Below the pieces are notes generated by a model. It was not told the origin of the DNA. It worked only from the letters and a program-made list of their open reading frames with translations, and made no database searches. From Gemmatimonadota bacterium (GTDB lineage: Bacteria > Gemmatimonadota > Gemmatimonadetes > Gemmatimonadales > GWC2-71-9): DNA of 64,000 nt. Each line of letters opens with the position of its first letter. The first letter of the stretch is position 1. Shown in pieces: positions 1-7,281 of the stretch. A program made the translations under genes and the position numbers. The stretch lies in contig JBGPDL010000001.1 in assembly GCA_041482275.1 (NCBI GenBank), positions 17,368 through 81,367 of the forward strand, written 5' to 3'.

Positions 1-323
1 TCCACCGCCGCTTCCGCCTGGGCCTCCGCCTCTACCGCGGCCATCTCGGCTGCCGTGCGGCGGCGCCACTTGGGCCGCTCCTCGGGAACGACCGGGGCCG
101 GCTCCGCCGCCTTCACGGCGCGGCGCCGTTTCGGCGGCGCGGGCGCCTCTTTCTGCTTGCGCTTCTCCCGCTCCCACCGCGCGCGCATCAGCGCCACCTG
201 GTCCGGCTTGAGCGGCGAGAGGTGGCTGCGCACGAAGATGTCCAGCTCCTTGAGCATGCCCAGGAGCTGCTCCGAGGAAATGCCGAACTCAGCCGCGAGA
301 TCGTGAATCCGCGTCGTCGTCAC
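1..323 (-). CDS. infB: Translation initiation factor IF-2, N-terminal part only (runs off the left edge)
   Basis: The minus frame opens with GTG at 323-321, directly after the ylxQ-like stop (324-326), with GGAG just upstream. It translates VTTTRIHDLAAEFGISSEQLLGMLKELDIFVRSHLSPLKPDQ..., which resembles the IF2 N-terminal domain. The nusA-ylxQ-infB order is canonical. It is absent from the ORF track because no stop lies in the window. Confidence 0.8.
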   Translation of the reverse strand, partial: MTTTRIHDLAAEFGISSEQLLGMLKELDIFVRSHLSPLKPDQVALMRARWEREKRKQKEAPAPPKRRRAVKAAEPAPVVPEERPKWRRRTAAEMAAVEAEAQAEAAV

Positions 324-632
324 TCACTCCTCCAAAGACCCGACCAGCCCGTGCGCCAGCGCGGCATCCGCCACGCCGACCGCCTGCACGGACGCCCGCC
401 CCAATCCCGCTCCCAGCCGCTCGGCCGCCGGCCCCACCAGCACCGGTACGCGGCGAGCCCGGGCCAGGCGCTCCACCTTCTCACGCGTGCGCGCGGAGGC
501 ATCCGCCGCGAGCACCACGCACGCCAGCGCGTCGCGCTGCAATCGGGCTCGCACCCCCGCGACGCCGATCACCACCCGACCGCCTCCGCCCCGCACCCCG
601 AGCCCCAGCAGCCGCAGCAGCCGCTCGGTCAC
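324..632 (-). CDS. L7Ae/YlxQ-like small RNA-binding protein
   Basis: 102-aa ORF. Its GTG start overlaps the nusA stop (GTGA at 632-629). RVVIGVAGVRARLQRDALACVVLAADAS...VPVL resembles the L7Ae/YlxQ family. It sits between nusA and infB. Confidence 0.6.
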   Translation of the reverse strand: MTERLLRLLGLGVRGGGGRVVIGVAGVRARLQRDALACVVLAADASARTREKVERLARARRVPVLVGPAAERLGAGLGRASVQAVGVADAALAHGLVGSLEE

Positions 633-1984
633 GCCGCTGGCGCCGGCGCTGCGTCGCTGCCCGGCGCCGCCTCCTCATCCCCGCCGTCCTCCGTCATCTC
701 ATTCAGGAAGGCCATGAGCTTGTCCGTGAGATCCGGCGTCATGCCCGCGATCTTCTCCACGTCCTCGCGCTCGAGATCCAGGATGTCCTGCAGCGTCTTG
801 TGGCCCGCCTGCTCCAGCACGTCCACCAGCTCGACCGGGAGGCCCTTGAGCTCACGCAGCGCGACCTTGGTGGCGGCCTCCTCCTCGACCGGCGGCAGCG
901 GTGCGAACAGCGGCCCTTCGCCGCCGCGCTCCAGCCACTCGCGGCTCGAGTACAGGTCGATCTTCCAGCCGGTCAGCTCGGAGGCGAGGCGCACGTTCTG
1001 GCCGTTGCGGCCGATGGCGAGGGACAGCTGGTCCTCGTCCACGATCGCCTGGATCGTCTTGGTCTCGGGATCGGAGAACACCTTCGCGACCCGCGCCGGG
1101 GCCAGCGCGAGCTTGGCGAACCGCTCGGGATCGGGCGACCACGGCACGATGTCGATACGCTCACCGCCCAGCTCGTTCACCACCGCCTGAACGCGCGAGC
1201 CCTTGAGCCCGACACACGCCCCCACCGGATCGATCGAGTCGTCCCGCGACGACACGGCGATCTTGGTGCGGCTCCCCGCTTCCCGCGCCGTCGCGCGGAT
1301 CTCCACGATTTGTTGCTGGATCTCCGGCACCTCGAGCTGGAACAACGCCTTGACGAACAGCGGGTCGGCGCGCGACAAGATCAGCCGCGGCCCCTTGGGC
1401 GTTTCCTCGATGCGCTTGAGCACGGCCCGGATCGTGTCGCCCTGGTGGAAGTGCTCGCGGTGGTTCTGCTCACGATAGGGGATGATCGCCTCGGCCTCGC
1501 GGAACTTGGCGAGCATCACCACGATCTTGCCGCGCTCGATCTGCTGCACCTCACCCGACAACAGGTCGCCCACCTTGTCCGCGAATTCCTCGCGAATGCG
1601 CGCGCGCTCGCCCTCGCGGACCCGCTGGATGATGCGCTGCTTCGCGGCCTGCACCGCCGTGCGGCCGAACGCCTCGAACGGCACTTCCTCCTCCAGCACG
1701 TCGCCAACCTGGAAGTCGGGGTCCTCGAAGCGCGCCTCCTCGAGCGTCACCTGGGTGGCCGGGTCTTCCACGGCTTCCACCACCGTCCGCAGCACCGCAA
1801 TGCGGATCGTGCCCTTGAGCTCGTCGATGCCGATCTCGGCACGCACGTTGGGCCCGTACCGCTTCACGAGGGCGGCGTGCAGACCGTCCTTCAAGAGGTC
1901 CAGGAGCTCGGTGCGCTCGAGCTGTTTGGTGGTCGTCAGCTCGCGGATTGCCGAGACTACGTCGGTTGCGTTCGCCATAACCAT
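629..1984 (-). CDS. nusA: Transcription termination/antitermination factor NusA
   Basis: Track ORF 629..2275, trimmed to ATG 1984 (MVMANATDVVSAIRELTTTKQLERTELLDLL...). The S1/KH-type body (GDTIRAVLKRIEETPKGPRLILSRADPLFVKALFQLEVPEI, VGACVGLKGSRVQAVVNELGGERIDIV) is recognisable. The 97-aa Arg-rich prefix overlaps rimP and is not credible. Confidence 0.95.
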   Translation of the reverse strand: MVMANATDVVSAIRELTTTKQLERTELLDLLKDGLHAALVKRYGPNVRAEIGIDELKGTIRIAVLRTVVEAVEDPATQVTLEEARFEDPDFQVGDVLEEEVPFEAFGRTAVQAAKQRIIQRVREGERARIREEFADKVGDLLSGEVQQIERGKIVVMLAKFREAEAIIPYREQNHREHFHQGDTIRAVLKRIEETPKGPRLILSRADPLFVKALFQLEVPEIQQQIVEIRATAREAGSRTKIAVSSRDDSIDPVGACVGLKGSRVQAVVNELGGERIDIVPWSPDPERFAKLALAPARVAKVFSDPETKTIQAIVDEDQLSLAIGRNGQNVRLASELTGWKIDLYSSREWLERGGEGPLFAPLPPVEEEAATKVALRELKGLPVELVDVLEQAGHKTLQDILDLEREDVEKIAGMTPDLTDKLMAFLNEMTEDGGDEEAAPGSDAAPAPAA

Positions 1985-2015
1985 CCGTTGTCTGTCGTCT
2001 GTGTCCTTCGGTCCG

Positions 2016-2480
2016 TTACCAGTCCACCGCCAGCCGAGCGTCGCGGATGCGGGCGAGCGGCACCGGCCGCGGCTCCGCCCCCTCCGGCTGGAGCACCACC
2101 GTGGCCTCGTCCGGCACGGCGACGATGCGCGCCCGCACGCGCCCGAGCCCCGCGACCGTCGCCTGCACTTCCTGGCCCACGAAACGCACCCAATGCCTGG
2201 GCCAGCGGAGCGGCCGCTCGAGTCCGGGACTCGAGACCTCGAGGATGTAGCGGCGGCCGAGCGGCCCCTCGGCATCGAGCCACAACTCGAGCGCCCGGCT
2301 CGCGGTGGCGCAGTCCTCCACGCTCACCCGGCGTGGCGCCGCACCCGGCTCGGGGGGCCACTCGATGCGCACTTGAACGAGCGGCCGAGCTTGCGTGCCG
2401 CCGATCTTGAGGTCGGCCAGATCCAGACCCAACACCGCGAGGCGGGCCCGAAATGACTCGACGAGGGTGTCGGAGAGCAT
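2016..2480 (-). CDS. rimP: Ribosome maturation factor RimP
   Basis: Track ORF 2016..2645, trimmed to ATG 2480 (MLSDTLVESFRARLAVLGLDLADLKI...ILEVSSPGLERPL). It lies immediately upstream of nusA, as in most bacteria. Confidence 0.85.
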   Translation of the reverse strand: MLSDTLVESFRARLAVLGLDLADLKIGGTQARPLVQVRIEWPPEPGAAPRRVSVEDCATASRALELWLDAEGPLGRRYILEVSSPGLERPLRWPRHWVRFVGQEVQATVAGLGRVRARIVAVPDEATVVLQPEGAEPRPVPLARIRDARLAVDW

Positions 2481-2510
2481 AAAAAAAAGCGCGGGCCGAA
2501 CTTCGCCCGC
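2481..2510 (-). terminator. Intrinsic-terminator-like hairpin plus U8, between pgeF and rimP
   Basis: Minus strand reads GCGGGC-gaagttcg-GCCCGC (2510-2491), then GC, then TTTTTTTT (2488-2481), then the rimP ATG at 2480. It lies 36 nt downstream of the pgeF-like stop. Confidence 0.6.
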
Positions 2511-2521
2511 TGACCGGCCGG

Positions 2522-2549
2522 AATCTACGCCCCGGAGGGCGAGTGTCAA
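2522..2549 (-). promoter_or_regulatory. Sigma-70-type promoter upstream of rimP-nusA-infB
   Basis: Minus strand reads TTGACA (2549-2544), a 16-nt spacer, then TAGATT (2527-2522). The -35 overlaps the TGA stop of the upstream gene. Confidence 0.55.
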
Positions 2550-3322
2550 GCGAGCGGCAGCCCCGCATAGGCGATCATGCGGCCGTCGCGCCCGCCCGAC
2601 GCCCGGTGCGAGAAAAACTGCGCCCGATCGTGGGCGCTGCACCACGGGGAGAGAGTGATGTGCCCAAGCCCGAGCGCTTGCCCCTGCTGCGCCAGCATGC
2701 TGCGCAGGTCCACGTGCCCCGGGCCCGTCTCCGCCTTACCCGTGAACTGGCTCAGCACTTCAGAACCTACTTCATAGCACGTGCCACAAATGCCTACGCC
2801 ACAGTGCATTACGATATCCACGCCACGTGCGAACGCCGCCCGCTTCACCACCTCGACGCCGCGTTCGAGAATGCCCCCCGCCACGCCCCGCCAGCCGGCA
2901 TGGAGCAGCGCGACGACCCGCTTCTCGGGCACCGCGAGGTACACCGGAATGCAGTCGGCGACCGTGACGGTGAGCAGCAGCCCCCGCGCTCCGGTCGCGT
3001 GGCCGTCCACGCCGTCGAGAATCAGCCAGCCAGGTATGGCCTGGGGATGCCATTGCACGGACGTACCATGCACCTGGTGGGCCAGGAGCACGCCCGGGAA
3101 GCGCGCCCGGACGGCCACCCCGACCGCGCGCCAGCGCGACATCACCTGGCCGACGCTCTCCTCACTCCACAGGCCGAGGGAGAAGCCGCGTCCGCGGGTC
3201 GTAATCCCGGCGACGATCCCGTAGCGCTCGCTCCATTCGGCGAGCTCCATGCGGGGGACGGCGGAGTCGCCGATGGCGGACTCCCGGAGTGTGGGTGGGT
3301 GAGCGACCGTCTCAGCGCCCAT
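2546..3322 (-). CDS. pgeF: Laccase-domain / YfiH (PgeF) family purine nucleoside phosphorylase-like protein
   Basis: 258 aa. LLAHQVHGTSV...DGHATGARGLLLTVTVADCIPVYL...ALLHAGWRGVAGGI...CGVGICGTCYEVG...FSHR carries the DUF152/YfiH His/Cys motifs. Confidence 0.85.
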   Translation of the reverse strand: MGAETVAHPPTLRESAIGDSAVPRMELAEWSERYGIVAGITTRGRGFSLGLWSEESVGQVMSRWRAVGVAVRARFPGVLLAHQVHGTSVQWHPQAIPGWLILDGVDGHATGARGLLLTVTVADCIPVYLAVPEKRVVALLHAGWRGVAGGILERGVEVVKRAAFARGVDIVMHCGVGICGTCYEVGSEVLSQFTGKAETGPGHVDLRSMLAQQGQALGLGHITLSPWCSAHDRAQFFSHRASGGRDGRMIAYAGLPLA

Positions 3323-4601
3323 CGTCCCGCCGCTCGATCTGCGCCCCCAAAGCGCGCAGTCGCTCGTCGATCCGCTCGTAGCCCCGCTCGATCTGCCCGA
3401 TGTTGTGGATCACCGAATCGCCCTGGGCCGCGAGGGCGGCGAGCAACATCGCCATGCCGGCGCGGATATCAGGGCTTTCGACCACGCCCGCGTGGAGCGC
3501 CGAGGGCCCCGCGATCACCGCCCGGTGCGGGTCGCACAGCACGATGCGCGCACCCATGCCGATCAGCTTGTCCACGAAGAAGAGCCGCGATTCGAACAGT
3601 TTCTCGAATACCAGCAGCATGCCCTCGCACTGCGACGCGGCGACGATGGCGATGGACATCAAATCGGCAGGGAATGCGGGCCACGGGCCGTCCTCGAGCT
3701 TGGGAACGTGCCCGCCCAGGTCCGGGCGGATGCGCCGCTCCTGACCAGCGTCCACGATCAACCGCCCGCCATCCAGCCGCGGGCGCACGCCGAGCCGCTC
3801 GAACCCGAGCAGGATGGCGCGCAGATCCTCGGCCCGCACGCCTTCGATCGTGACGGCCCCGTTCGTGACCGCGGCGAGCCCAATGAACGAGCCGACCTCG
3901 ATGTGGTCCGGGCCCACGGTGCACGCCGCCGCGCCGAGCCGCCCGCCGCCCTCGACGGTGAGCGTGTTGGTACCGATGCCGCGGACGTTCGCCCCCAGGT
4001 CCCCCAGGAACCGCGCCAGATCCTGGACGTGCGGTTCGCAGGCGGCGTTGCGGAGCGTGGTGGTCCCGCGGGCCGCGACCGCCGCCATCAGGGCGTTCTC
4101 GGTGGCGGTCACGCTCGGCTCGTCCAGGAAGATGTCGCTCCCGGCGAGCCCCTTGGTCTCGAGCTGGTAGGCAGCGCCGACCGAGACCTCCGCACCGAGC
4201 TGTTCGAGGGCCAGAAAGTGCGTGTCCACGCGCCGCCGTCCGATCACGTCGCCGCCGGGCGGCGGCAGGCTCACGCGGCCGAAGCGCGCCAGCATCGGGC
4301 CGGCGAGCAGGATCGAAGCGCGGATGCGCGCGCACAGCGCGGGGTCGAGCTCGCGCGGCTCGGCGGGCCGCGGGTCCACCGTCACGCTGTTCGAGCCCGT
4401 CCACTCCACCGCCGCGCCCAGGTGCGCCAGCAGGGCGAGCATCGTTTCGACGTCGCGGATGTGGGGGACGTTGTCGATCCGGCAGGGTCCGTCGGCGAGC
4501 AGCGTGGCCGCGAGGATGGGGAGTGCCGCGTTCTTGTTGCCGGCCGGACGGATGGTGCCTTTCAACGGGCGGCCGCCCGTGACCGCAAAGGACGGAGGCA
4601 T
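3312..4601 (-). CDS. murA: UDP-N-acetylglucosamine 1-carboxyvinyltransferase
   Basis: 429 aa. MPPSFAVTGGRPLKGTIRPAGNKNAALPILAATLLADGPCRIDNVPHIRDVETM... reads as full-length MurA. It overlaps pgeF by 11 nt. Confidence 0.95.
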   Translation of the reverse strand: MPPSFAVTGGRPLKGTIRPAGNKNAALPILAATLLADGPCRIDNVPHIRDVETMLALLAHLGAAVEWTGSNSVTVDPRPAEPRELDPALCARIRASILLAGPMLARFGRVSLPPPGGDVIGRRRVDTHFLALEQLGAEVSVGAAYQLETKGLAGSDIFLDEPSVTATENALMAAVAARGTTTLRNAACEPHVQDLARFLGDLGANVRGIGTNTLTVEGGGRLGAAACTVGPDHIEVGSFIGLAAVTNGAVTIEGVRAEDLRAILLGFERLGVRPRLDGGRLIVDAGQERRIRPDLGGHVPKLEDGPWPAFPADLMSIAIVAASQCEGMLLVFEKLFESRLFFVDKLIGMGARIVLCDPHRAVIAGPSALHAGVVESPDIRAGMAMLLAALAAQGDSVIHNIGQIERGYERIDERLRALGAQIERRDDGR

Positions 4602-4610
4602 GGGTGAGGC

Positions 4611-4640
4611 AAGCTATGCGGCGGCTTGCGCCGGCGTCAA
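4611..4640 (-). promoter_or_regulatory. Sigma-70-type promoter of murA, giving a very short or no leader
   Basis: Minus strand reads TTGACG (4640-4635), an 18-nt spacer, TAGCTT (4616-4611), 9 nt, then ATG (4601). Confidence 0.5.
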
Positions 4641-4661
4641 GCGTTCGCGAACGTTCGCCAC

Positions 4662-5933
4662 GTGAACTTCAGTCCGCTGCTCGCGCTCGCGGGACTCGGG
4701 ACGATCGGCCTGCTCGCGACGCGGTTGCCGCGGCTCCAGTGGCCCCACACGCCGAGTCTCGAACTGGTGCTCGCCGCCGGCGCGCCGCTCGTGCTCGCGG
4801 GTCTCGTCCTCGGTCCCGGCATCGACGTCCTCACGCGACCGGTGTTGGACGCGCTCGCCCCCGTCACGGCGCTCGCGATCGGCTGGATCGGCGCCGCGCT
4901 CGGCGCGCGGTTCGAGTGGCGCCACGTGCAGCGCATCCCACGCGCCACGTGGCTCCTGGCCGGGCTCTCGGCCACCGCGGCCTTCGCGGCCGTGCTGCTC
5001 GGGGCCTGGCTCCTCGCGCGCGCCGTCCCCGCCCTGTCCGGCGCGTGGACGCCCCGGCTGCCGGCCATCCTGACTCTGGCGGCGGTCGCTGCCGCGTCGG
5101 GCCCGGGGGCAGTCGCGCTCGTAGCCCGCGTCGTGGGCGTCCGCCACCGCATGGTCCGGCTCTTGGCGCGCACCGCGACGCTGCAAACCGCGTATGGCGC
5201 GCTGGCCGCGAGCATTCCGCTCGCGCTGTACCACCCTGATCCCCTGCTCTCCTGGACGGTGTGGGGCATCGGGGGCGGCGCCCTCACCGGGTTGGTGTTT
5301 CTTTCGCTCACCCGGCTGAGCCCGGAGCAGACCGGTACCGGTTTCGCGCTGCTCGCCTCCCTGCTGTTCGGCGCCGGCATCGCCTACGCGGCCGGGGTCT
5401 CGCCCTTCATTGTGGGTGCCCTGGCGACGGCGCTCATCGTCCACGGATCGCCGCAACGTCACGTCGTCCGGCAGGTGCTCTGGCAGTGGGAGCGTCCCGT
5501 CGCCGCGATCCTGTTAATCGTCGCCGGCGCGCTGCTCGCGGTCCCCACGCCGTGGATTCTCGTCGCCGTGCCGCTGCTCATGGCCCTGCGCGCGGGTGCC
5601 GCGTGGGCCGCGATCCGCGCCGGGCGTCGCCTGCCGGTGGAGGGAGTCGCCCAATTCCCGCCCCACATCGGGCTCGGGACGATGGCGCAGGGCGTCGCCG
5701 CCGTGGCACTGGGTCTCAGCTTCCTCATGGTGTTCGGCGGTCGGGGCGCCGGGGTGCTGACCACCATCGTGTTGAGCGTCGCGACGGCGCAGATCGCCGC
5801 GCCCGCGCTCATGAAGCGTGCGCTCGGGGCCACACCGGCGGGGCCCGCCGCGCCCGCCGTGCCCGAGCCGTTGACTAGGGCGGGGGCCGCACCCGAGGTT
5901 AGTGTCAACGCTCCCGCGGAGCTGACACGATGA
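4662..5933 (+). CDS. Polytopic membrane protein, cation/proton-antiporter-like
   Basis: Track ORF 4626..5933 (TTG). I prefer GTG 4662 because 4611-4640 holds the divergent murA promoter; the start remains uncertain. There are about 11-12 hydrophobic segments (FSPLLALAGLGTIGLL..., LVLAGLVLGPGIDVL...). The family assignment is weak. Confidence 0.45.
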   Translation: MNFSPLLALAGLGTIGLLATRLPRLQWPHTPSLELVLAAGAPLVLAGLVLGPGIDVLTRPVLDALAPVTALAIGWIGAALGARFEWRHVQRIPRATWLLAGLSATAAFAAVLLGAWLLARAVPALSGAWTPRLPAILTLAAVAAASGPGAVALVARVVGVRHRMVRLLARTATLQTAYGALAASIPLALYHPDPLLSWTVWGIGGGALTGLVFLSLTRLSPEQTGTGFALLASLLFGAGIAYAAGVSPFIVGALATALIVHGSPQRHVVRQVLWQWERPVAAILLIVAGALLAVPTPWILVAVPLLMALRAGAAWAAIRAGRRLPVEGVAQFPPHIGLGTMAQGVAAVALGLSFLMVFGGRGAGVLTTIVLSVATAQIAAPALMKRALGATPAGPAAPAVPEPLTRAGAAPEVSVNAPAELTR

Positions 5934-6343
5934 TTCCAACCTGGCTGGCGGTGGTGACAGCGATTTCCCTCGCGATTATGGCTGTCGCGGCCATTGTGAT
6001 CGCGCTCGCGACTGCGGCGTCCACGCTCGCGATGCGCGCGTTCCTAGGTGGGTTGCACGATCTGGTGGGACCCGCCCTCGGCGACGTGCGACAGCTCGTG
6101 GGGACGATCCGCGCGGAAGCGGAGGGCCTGATGGAGACGTCGCGCGAGCTCCGCGGGCGGATCGTCGCGGCGGCGGATGCGGCCCAGGCACGCCTCGCCG
6201 ACCTCGATGCGCTATTCGAGGTGCTGCAGGAAGAGGTGGAGACCACGGTGCTCGATGTGGCGGCGACGGTGCGCACGGTGCGGCGCGGCGTTTCCCTGCT
6301 CGAATGGGGTCGCCGGGCGTTCAAGCGGAGAAAGAAGCGCTGA
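5930..6343 (+). CDS. Membrane-anchored coiled-coil protein (DUF948-like), function unknown
   Basis: 137 aa. ATGA overlap with the upstream gene. One N-terminal TM (WLAVVTAISLAIMAVAAIVIALA) is followed by a helical Ala/Glu/Arg-rich region. Confidence 0.45.
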   Translation: MIPTWLAVVTAISLAIMAVAAIVIALATAASTLAMRAFLGGLHDLVGPALGDVRQLVGTIRAEAEGLMETSRELRGRIVAAADAAQARLADLDALFEVLQEEVETTVLDVAATVRTVRRGVSLLEWGRRAFKRRKKR

Positions 6344-7281
6344 CCGGGAGAGCGAAGCGGCTCCTGGCGGCCGCGGCGGCGGGTTTCACGGGGGTGATGC
6401 TATTCCCCTCAGTGGCGCACGCCTGGACGCCGGGCACCCACGTCTACCTCGGCGAATCGGTGCTCGCGAACCTGCATCAGCTCCCCAGCGCTGTGGCCGA
6501 CCTGCTGCGCGCGTTTCCCTACGACTTCCTGTACGGCAACATCGCCGCCGACACCTCGATCGCCAAGAAGTACGCGCCGGTGGGCCGGCACTGTCACGCG
6601 TGGCACGTGGGCCAGGAGATCTTCGACCTGGCGCATACCGATCCGCTCCGCGCTTTCGGGCTGGGCTACCTCTCGCACCTCGCGGCCGACTCGGTGGCGC
6701 ACAACTTCTTCGTGCCGCGCCAGCTGGTGCTCACGTCCAGCACGACCGCGTTGGGGCACAGCTACTGGGAGAGCCGGTTCGAGACCCACCTTGGGCCCGC
6801 CTACGCCGGCACCGCGAAGGAGCTGATCCTGCAGGACCACACTCCGAGCGACACGCACCTCGATTCGATCATTTCCCCCACGCTGTTCAGCGTGGGCACC
6901 AGCCGGCGGCTGTTCCGCGGCATGGTGCATCTCACGGAGAGCGAGAGCTGGCGCTGGGCGTTTCAGATGATTCTCGAGAACACCCGCTGGGACCTGCCCG
7001 ACGAAGACGTGGAGCGGCACATGGCGGTGGCGTTCGAGTACTTGATGGAAATGCTGGGAGAGCGGGACGCGGCGGCCCGGCGGCTTGATCCCGCCGGTCA
7101 TCAGGCGCTGGGCCTCGCCAAGCGCATGCGGCGCGAGGCGCTGCACGAAGGCGGCCGCGAAGATCCGGGGCGCATGCTCGAGGCGGCGGAACAGCATTTC
7201 GGGCTCCCGGCGCCGGCGCTCGCCTACTGGCGGCAGTCCCAGGCGCAGCGGCCGTGGCGGGACCGCGAGCGGGGCGTCTAG
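6304..7281 (+). CDS. Secreted zinc-dependent phospholipase C / P1-S1 nuclease superfamily hydrolase
   Basis: 325 aa. The signal peptide ends ...FPSVAHA|WTPGTHVYLG, so the mature N-terminus would be Trp followed by His, as in the Zn-PLC/P1 nuclease fold. Further His/Asp clusters are present (GNIAADTS, HCHAWH, SHLAADSVAHNFF). The start (ATG 6304, 40-nt overlap) is uncertain. Confidence 0.6.
   Translation: MGSPGVQAEKEALTGRAKRLLAAAAAGFTGVMLFPSVAHAWTPGTHVYLGESVLANLHQLPSAVADLLRAFPYDFLYGNIAADTSIAKKYAPVGRHCHAWHVGQEIFDLAHTDPLRAFGLGYLSHLAADSVAHNFFVPRQLVLTSSTTALGHSYWESRFETHLGPAYAGTAKELILQDHTPSDTHLDSIISPTLFSVGTSRRLFRGMVHLTESESWRWAFQMILENTRWDLPDEDVERHMAVAFEYLMEMLGERDAAARRLDPAGHQALGLAKRMRREALHEGGREDPGRMLEAAEQHFGLPAPALAYWRQSQAQRPWRDRERGV

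Noticed and set aside
800-2410. Very long ORFs antisense to recognisable genes. Examples: 800..2410(+) opposite nusA, 10959..13082(+) opposite uvrD, 17505..19871(-), 36939..38639(-), 39263..40963(-), 61258..63192(+).
   Set aside because: Their translations are Arg/Ala/Gly/Pro-rich low-complexity strings with no recognisable motifs. This is typical of stop-poor off-frames in ~70% GC coding DNA. In each case the opposite strand carries a clearly identifiable gene.
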